Shown piece by piece: positions 58,686 to 64,000 of a stretch of 64,000 bases of DNA. The notes below the pieces were generated by a model. It had not been told where the DNA came from and did not search any database. It saw nothing but the letters and a program-made list of their open reading frames with translations. Origin of the DNA: Phycisphaerae bacterium (GTDB lineage: Bacteria > Planctomycetota > Phycisphaerae > UBA1845 > Fen-1342); assembly GCA_050115495.1 (NCBI GenBank), contig JASFQK010000009.1, forward strand, positions 1 through 64,000. The letters run 5' to 3'. Positions within the stretch are counted from its first letter, which is position 1, and the number at the start of each line of letters is the position of its first letter. Position numbers and translations under genes: made by a program.

Positions 58686-59171
58686 ATGCCAGACGTGAGC
58701 TGTCGCGAGTTCCGCAATCGGCTGTCCGCGTACCACGACGGCGAGCTTGATGCCGCCGACCGGGACATGGTCGCTGCGCATCTGGCCGACTGTGCGGCGT
58801 GCCGGGCGTACCTGGACGAGTTCGGCCGACTGAGCAGCGTGCTGCGGGAGGGTCGGCAGGGACAGGTGTCGCCGGGGTTATGGGACCGCATCGCGGTCGC
58901 CGCCCAGACGGCCCGACGCCGACGACGTGTGCCGTGGGCTTTGCATGTCGGGGCGGTGGCGGCGGGGTTCGGCGTGTTCTGGGCAGGGTATGGCCTGTTG
59001 GCGGCGCGGATCCCGACACAGCAGGCCGGACAAGCCCAGGTCGAGCAGTTGCTGCACGACACCGCGCTGACCCTTTCCGGACAGGCGCTGACCGAGGATG
59101 TGCTCGTCGAGCTGGATCGCCGACCGGAGCTGGCCTTGCTCCGTGAACTCGGGGAGGAGACGGCCCCATGA
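58686..59171 (+). CDS. Zinc-binding (zf-HC2) membrane anti-sigma factor
   Basis: C.....LSAY.DGEL...HLADCAAC followed by a TM helix. Confidence 0.88.
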   Translation: MPDVSCREFRNRLSAYHDGELDAADRDMVAAHLADCAACRAYLDEFGRLSSVLREGRQGQVSPGLWDRIAVAAQTARRRRRVPWALHVGAVAAGFGVFWAGYGLLAARIPTQQAGQAQVEQLLHDTALTLSGQALTEDVLVELDRRPELALLRELGEETAP

Positions 59172-59617
59172 AAACGACTCTGGTTATCTGCGTTCTGGTC
59201 GGAGCGTTCACCGCCAGCGCGGGGCTGAACGTGTACCACGCGGCACAGCCCGTGCCGGTGCCAGCGGTGTGCGATCAGCCGTGCGGGCGCATGGCCGGCG
59301 GCGAGGGTGTTTGTCCGCTCACGCAGGCCGTCGGGTTAACGGAGGCACAGCGTGAGCGACTGAACGGCTGCTGCCGGGGGACGTGTGCCCGCCAGCGGAG
59401 CGCAGTCCGCGACAGGCTGCGCCAGTTGATGACGGAATTGCAGGACGCGCTAAACGCGAACCCGATCGATCTGGAACAGGTGGATAGCCTGACCGAGAAG
59501 ATCGCGGCGGCGCGAGCACAGGAGTGGCAGGAGCGAATACGGTGTGTCCTCCAGGTCCGCGAACTGCTGACGCCGGAACAGGTGCAGCAGCTCATGGCGG
59601 CAGTGGAAAGTCCGTAG
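59168..59617 (+). CDS. Periplasmic CpxP/Spy/heavy-metal-sensor-like protein, Cys-rich
   Basis: Signal anchor; LTEAQ and LTPEQ (LTxxQ) motifs; several Cys. Confidence 0.75.
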   Translation: MKTTLVICVLVGAFTASAGLNVYHAAQPVPVPAVCDQPCGRMAGGEGVCPLTQAVGLTEAQRERLNGCCRGTCARQRSAVRDRLRQLMTELQDALNANPIDLEQVDSLTEKIAAARAQEWQERIRCVLQVRELLTPEQVQQLMAAVESP

Positions 59618-59705
59618 GGGCGCGGGTCCCTGACTTGTATTGCAGAAGTTGTTGATGAGATTCCCGCTCGGGATCGTCCTGAGGCGGAGCACAGTTGGAA
59701 GGAGC

Positions 59706-60623
59706 ATGGTAATGAGCATTCGTTGTATGGGATGGATCGCGGCCGCCGGCTTGATGCTGGCCGCAACCGGTATCGTGGTGGCGGACACGCCGAAGGCGGA
59801 CGACGCGCTGACGCAGGCGAACGCGCTGCTGGCGAAGGCGGACTTCGACGGGGCGATGAAGGTGCTACTGGCGGCGGCGAAGGCCGAGCCCGACAACCAG
59901 GTCTATCGGGAGCAGGCGACGCTGCTGCGGCAGGTGATCCGCGTGCGCGAGGCACTGCCGAAGCTGGAAGGCACCGAGAAGTGGACGCTCAACGCCCAGG
60001 CGCTGTGCGCGTACTACAACGACAAGATGATCTACAGCGAGGCGCTGCCGCTGGCGCGGAAGCTGCACGAGCAGTCGCCGACGACCGACACGGCGGTGGT
60101 CCTGGCCCGCATCGAGCTGGCCCTGGACAAGAACGACGACGCGGCGAAACTGCTTGGCGGCCTGGTCGCGGAGCAGACGACGCCGGAGACGCGCGTGTTG
60201 CTGTGCCTGGCGTTGGCCCGGCAGAAAGAACTGGACGCGGCTCGCGGAGCGCTGGGTGAGTTCGAGGTGCCCGAGAACGCCGGCTGCGAGATGCTGTACG
60301 ACCTGGCCTGTGCGCAGGCCTGCCTGGGACAGAAGGACGAGTGCCTGGCGACGCTGACGCGCTGCTTCGAGTGCACGCCGCCAGGGCGGCTCGATTGCCT
60401 GAAGTGCCGGGCGCAGTGCTGCGGTGACTTCGCCAGCATGAAGGAGAGCTGCTGCTTCAACAAGGCGATGGCCACCGAGTCGAAGGTCGCGGATACGTGC
60501 AGCGGCGGGACGAGCTGCGGCAAGTGCCCGGCGCGCGGCGGGTGCTCGGGCAAGACCACCAGCTCGTGCCAGGACAAGTCGAAGGACGAGTGCAAGGACC
60601 ACGATCAGAAGCCGAAGCCGTAA
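59706..60623 (+). CDS. Secreted TPR-like protein with Cys-rich C-terminus
   Basis: Signal peptide, helical repeats, 18 Cys in the last ~113 aa including CSGGTSCGKCP. Confidence 0.75.
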   Translation: MVMSIRCMGWIAAAGLMLAATGIVVADTPKADDALTQANALLAKADFDGAMKVLLAAAKAEPDNQVYREQATLLRQVIRVREALPKLEGTEKWTLNAQALCAYYNDKMIYSEALPLARKLHEQSPTTDTAVVLARIELALDKNDDAAKLLGGLVAEQTTPETRVLLCLALARQKELDAARGALGEFEVPENAGCEMLYDLACAQACLGQKDECLATLTRCFECTPPGRLDCLKCRAQCCGDFASMKESCCFNKAMATESKVADTCSGGTSCGKCPARGGCSGKTTSSCQDKSKDECKDHDQKPKP

Positions 60624-60713
60624 CGCAGTGATCACCGCCTGAATCCCCCGGGCGCGGGTCGCGCTGCACCGTCGCCGCGCCACCCGCGCCTTCTTTGCCC
60701 CCCCCTGCCCCAC

Positions 60714-61892
60714 ATGAAATACACCCGCCGACTTATTCAGCTTGCGTTTCTTACGCTCACCGTGGTCGCCGTCTTTGTCGTACGCGGCAACGCCGAGCGG
60801 TGGTGCCCGTTCGGAGGCGTCGAGGCGATCTACCAGTACACGCAGGAAGGAAACCTGCTGTGCTCGCTGGGCGTGTCGAACTTCTACGTGCTGGCGGCGG
60901 TGCTGCTGAGCACGCTGCTGCTGCGGCGGGCGTTCTGCTCGTACATCTGCCCGCTGGGCACGGTGTCGGAGTGGCTCGGAGCGGGTGCCCGAAAGCTCGG
61001 CCTGCCCCAATGGCGGGTGCCGCATGCGCTGGACCGCGTGCTCGCCCTGCTGAAATACGTCGTGCTGGTCGCGATCCTGTACTTCACGTGGCGCGTGGGC
61101 GAATTGGTCTTCCGCGGGTACGACCCGTGCTACGCCCTGCTCAGCCGGCACGGTGAGGACATCACGATCTGGGCGTACGTCATCTGCGGCGTACTCGTCG
61201 TGGCGTCCCTGCTGGTGATGCTGCCGCTGTGCCGATGGCTGTGCCCGCTGGCGGCGGTGCTGAACCCGTTCTCCTGGCTGGGCCTGACCCGCATTCGCCG
61301 CGGCGACGAAGCGTGCATCGAGTGCGGCGCGTGCGCGGCTGCGTGCCCGATGGGCATTCGCGTCGATCGCGTGCGCGAGGTGACGGCCGCTCGCTGCACC
61401 GGGTGCTTCGAATGCACCGAGGCGTGCCCGACGCGCGGCGACGGGGCGCTCGTCTGGGGACCGCCGAAGAAGCTCGGCCGATCGTGGCCGCGCGGTGCGC
61501 TGGTCGCCGTGTTGCTGGCGTGTATCGGCGGAGCGGTCGTGCTGGCGTACGCGCTGCCATTGCCCTCGTTCGTGCACACGCGAGGCACGCCGCCGGCGGA
61601 GATCGCGAGCGTCGAGTTGGGCGTGCACGATCTGACGTGCCGGGGGCGGGCGAACCTGTTCGTCTACTACGTCGAACGGGATGACTACCTGGCCGTGCCG
61701 GGGTACCTGCGCATCGAGGCGTGGCCGGGGCCGGGAGCGGCACGCTGCGTCATTTCGTACGACCCGGCGGAGACGGACGAGAGCCAGATCAAGGCGGCGA
61801 TTACGGAGCCGTATTTCGATGCGCTGGGCGGTTCGTGGCGGCCGTCGCCGTTTCGGATCGAGGGGTATGATCCGTTGTTTGGAGAGGAGTAG
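60714..61892 (+). CDS. Membrane 4Fe-4S protein (NapH/MauN/YccM-like) with C-terminal HMA-like domain
   Basis: WCPFGG, FCSYICPLG, CRWLCP, CIECGACAAACP, CTGCFECTEACP; then V.DLTC...YDP.......I..AI. Confidence 0.85.
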   Translation: MKYTRRLIQLAFLTLTVVAVFVVRGNAERWCPFGGVEAIYQYTQEGNLLCSLGVSNFYVLAAVLLSTLLLRRAFCSYICPLGTVSEWLGAGARKLGLPQWRVPHALDRVLALLKYVVLVAILYFTWRVGELVFRGYDPCYALLSRHGEDITIWAYVICGVLVVASLLVMLPLCRWLCPLAAVLNPFSWLGLTRIRRGDEACIECGACAAACPMGIRVDRVREVTAARCTGCFECTEACPTRGDGALVWGPPKKLGRSWPRGALVAVLLACIGGAVVLAYALPLPSFVHTRGTPPAEIASVELGVHDLTCRGRANLFVYYVERDDYLAVPGYLRIEAWPGPGAARCVISYDPAETDESQIKAAITEPYFDALGGSWRPSPFRIEGYDPLFGEE

Positions 61893-61942
61893 AGGAGGGA
61901 GTCAGGGGTCAGAAGTTGCGGGCGGGGGGTGGTTGGGGGGAA

Positions 61943-62185
61943 GCCTTGAGCCTTGAGCCGGACGGTGTGGCATGCTGAAGCCTTAGGCGCCGGCATGTCT
62001 TTCCCTCGCGTCAGGAAGAACATGCCGGCGCTGCGCTTCGGCATGCCACACTCGGGCACTGGTGGGCGAGTCAGCGGTGACACCGACGCGGAGCGCCGTC
62101 TGTCCGAGCCGCGACCGGTGGGCAGTGGTCTGCGCAGACGGTGCGTTGCTGGCGACGACCCGCTCGCTACCGCTCGGGGCTCGGA
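61943..62185. repeat. Mosaic cluster of REP-like palindromes
   Basis: GTGGCATGCTGAAGCCTTAGGCGCCGGCATG...CATGCCGGCGCTGCGCTTCGGCATGCCACA (as at 4005 and 17530) and CGACCCGCTCGCTACCGCTC (as at ~4185). Confidence 0.85.
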
Positions 62186-62249
62186 TAGGCGTTGACACGC
62201 CGCGCCCGGCGCTACGGGTGGTGGGAGAAACCGGTTGTGGACGGGGGAT

Positions 62250-62298
62250 AAAAAAGCCGGCGGAGGGTTCCGCGTGAATAACGGAACGGCCTCCGCCG
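62250..62298 (-). terminator. Intrinsic terminator
   Basis: Minus strand CGGCGGAGG..GTTCCG / CGGAAC.CCTCCGCCG followed by GCTTTTTT. Confidence 0.7.
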
Positions 62299-62640
62299 AG
62301 CGGCAATACGTGCATCACTCTTCGTTAGGAAGGGGAGCCAGTGACGCACGAAAAAGCGGAAGGACCAGCGTGAAGCCGACCCTCCCAAAAAGCATTGCTT
62401 ATGCTCATCGTTGAAGCAGACGCGGCGAGAAACGACTGGTACCGCAGTCACCGACCTTTCGGCTCCCACTGAAAGGTGGAACTCGTACCGCTGCTGCCTA
62501 CCCTTCCGTTCGTTTGGCTCCCTTACTCTCCGCCGGAAGGGCGAGGGCTGTACTTACCTTCCCACGTGTTGGCTCCCATGTTGTGGAAGGTGTGCTTCTT
62601 GAACTACCTCCGCATCTGCCCCTCTCGAAAGAGCAACAGC
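62250..62640 (-). ncRNA. Putative novel structured non-coding RNA
   Basis: Eight or more stems, several completed only by G-U pairs on the minus strand; three GGGAGCC loops; U-tract terminators; no credible ORF. Confidence 0.65.
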
Positions 62641-62707
62641 GAAAAATGTTAGGCACGCTGGGCGGCGGATTTCCACTTCTGCCCCATAAAAAGTGGAGAA
62701 TAGAGCG

Positions 62708-62720
62708 CAAGCTCTTGATA
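62708..62720 (-). promoter_or_regulatory. IHF-consensus site between the putative ncRNA and efp
   Basis: TATCAA-GAGC-TTG matches WATCAANNNNTTR. Confidence 0.4.
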
Positions 62721-62957
62721 TTGCGATGGTTACAGTGCGAGATTCTCGGCAGAGTGCAATGGGACGGCCGCCGACGGCCATTGGCGACCGGCGGGCGTGG
62801 AAACCCGGCGGCGGCGCGGGCCCGCGGTCGCCAAGCGTCGGCGATTCAGCTATATTGTGTGGCTCGTCAACAAGTTACGTCGGCAGACCCCTGCGGAGCG
62901 CGTGCGCCGAGCCGCCGGGGCCCGGCGGCAGCACGGCAGGAACAGGAGCGGGCGCTC

Positions 62958-63521
62958 ATGGCCAAAGCGAGCGAACTGAAAAAGGGCAAGGTCATCCAGT
63001 ATCAGGACGGCCTCTACTCGATCTTCGACATTACGCGGGTCTCGAAGGGCAACTGGCGCAGCTACCTCCAGGCCAAGCTCAAGTCGCTGACGACCGGGCA
63101 GATCCTCGACGTCCGCTTCTCGGTCGACGACAAGGTCGAGACCCCCTTCGTCGACACCAAGCCGTACGAGTACCTCTACCGCGACGGCGAGGACTACGTG
63201 ATCATGGACCAGCAGAACTACGACCAAGTCACGATTCCGGCGGACGTCATGGGCGACGCCCATCTGTACCTGAAGGGCAACGAGCTCGTGACATGTTCGT
63301 TCGTCGACGGGAAAATCGTGAGCGTCGAGCTGCCGAACGTGGTGGAGCTAAGCGTGACCGATACACCGCCGGTGGCCCGCGGGGCCACGGCAACGAACCA
63401 GAGCAAGGATGCCACGCTGGAGACGGGGTTGCGCGTGCGCGTGCCGCCGTTCATCGAGAACGGCGAGCTGATTCGCGTCGACACCCGCACGGGTGAGTAT
63501 CTGGAGAGGGCCAAGGGGTGA
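62958..63521 (+). CDS. efp: Elongation factor P
   Basis: ASELKKG, YLYRDG, MD...YDQ, GATA....K.A.LETG....VP.FI..GE...VDTR.GEY..R; AGGAG SD. Confidence 0.93.
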   Translation: MAKASELKKGKVIQYQDGLYSIFDITRVSKGNWRSYLQAKLKSLTTGQILDVRFSVDDKVETPFVDTKPYEYLYRDGEDYVIMDQQNYDQVTIPADVMGDAHLYLKGNELVTCSFVDGKIVSVELPNVVELSVTDTPPVARGATATNQSKDATLETGLRVRVPPFIENGELIRVDTRTGEYLERAKG

Positions 63522-63567
63522 GCAACACCGAACGCTCCGCGGCCCGCCGTGCGGAGGCTATGCCCCG

Positions 63568-64000
63568 ATGAACTGGCTGCTCAGTGTCGGTGATACGGAC
63601 ATTCTGCGGGATGCGGTGAGCCCCGCGGCGGTCTTCTGGTACCGGGTCCGGCAGGGGTGGAAATGGGCGGTGGCGGCCGGCGGGCTGACCGCCCTGCTGA
63701 TCCTGCTGCTCGTGCTGCTCATCCTGGGCAACGAGGCGACGGATCTGGCGCTGCTGCGGCGCGAGATCGTGGCGATCGCCTTCGCCCTGTGCGTGGTGGT
63801 CTGGGGGATCTACCTGGGATGGCTGCTGTTCAAGTTCCTGCCGTCGCGGAATGACCGCGTGGTGATCGGTCTGCGCCGCTACGTCGTGAGCGAGATCGCG
63901 CCACTCGAAGAACGTATCCAGGCGCTCGGCGAGGAAGAGCTGCGGGCCAAGACGGCGGAGTTCCGGCAGCGGCTGGCCGAGGGCGAATCGCTCGACGACG
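63568..64000 (+). CDS. secA: Preprotein translocase SecA (5' part, runs off the window) with N-terminal hydrophobic extension
   Basis: Hand translation: ...FKFLPSRNDRVV...EIAPLEERIQALGEEELRAKTAEFRQRLAEGESLDD matches the SecA N-terminus; GGAGG 10 nt before ATG 63568. Confidence 0.85.
   Translation, partial: MNWLLSVGDTDILRDAVSPAAVFWYRVRQGWKWAVAAGGLTALLILLLVLLILGNEATDLALLRREIVAIAFALCVVVWGIYLGWLLFKFLPSRNDRVVIGLRRYVVSEIAPLEERIQALGEEELRAKTAEFRQRLAEGESLDD

Noticed and set aside
61620..61660. Selenocysteine in the HMA-like motif
   Set aside because: Codons read TGC CGG GGG CGG; no in-frame TGA.
62450..62592. CRISPR array interpretation of the 55-nt periodic motif
   Set aside because: Only short motifs are shared, there is no 23-47-nt identical repeat and no cas genes; kept as a structured RNA instead.
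62250..62640. RNase P RNA, tmRNA or SRP RNA identity
   Set aside because: No GAGGAAAGUCC, no tRNA-like ends or tag ORF, and no SRP domain IV motif seen on either strand.
62514..62957. N-terminal extension of EF-P given by the ORF track
   Set aside because: Atypical composition; an AGGAG SD and EF-P homology start at ATG 62958.

Overview
High-GC bacterial chromosome segment, most likely a planctomycete of class Phycisphaerae. This is inferred from a dockerin-like C-terminus, H-X9-DG/prepilin proteins, a CxxCGYNLxG..RCPECG zinc-finger membrane protein and a dcw fragment lacking ftsA/ftsZ. The window holds about 55 mostly housekeeping genes: an MrfA/Hrq1-like helicase, trxA, korAB, dapL, folK, murC-murB-ddl-ftsQ, thrS-infC (AUU start), larC, ribBA, clpS, a cysteine desulfurase, a por operon, mlaD, cheB-cheX-cheY, an ECF sigma/anti-sigma cluster, efp and the start of secA. 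It also holds two tRNAs (Arg-UCG, Asp-GUC) and several mosaic REP-like intergenic clusters. No CRISPR array, integrase or transposase was seen. Most notable: (1) an unannotated, highly structured ~390-nt minus-strand RNA at 62250-62640, with three GGGAGCC-loop hairpins spaced exactly 55 nt apart and a downstream hairpin displaying the complementary UGGCUCCC; (2) a SecA with two predicted N-terminal transmembrane helices; (3) a 2-oxoacid oxidoreductase gamma subunit fused to a GltD/DsrL-like NADP flavoprotein-ferredoxin module; (4) a Cys-rich ECF-controlled, possibly metal-responsive operon; (5) a degenerate FHA-GAF-PP2C pseudo-phosphatase. All calls come from reading motifs by eye; no searches were run.
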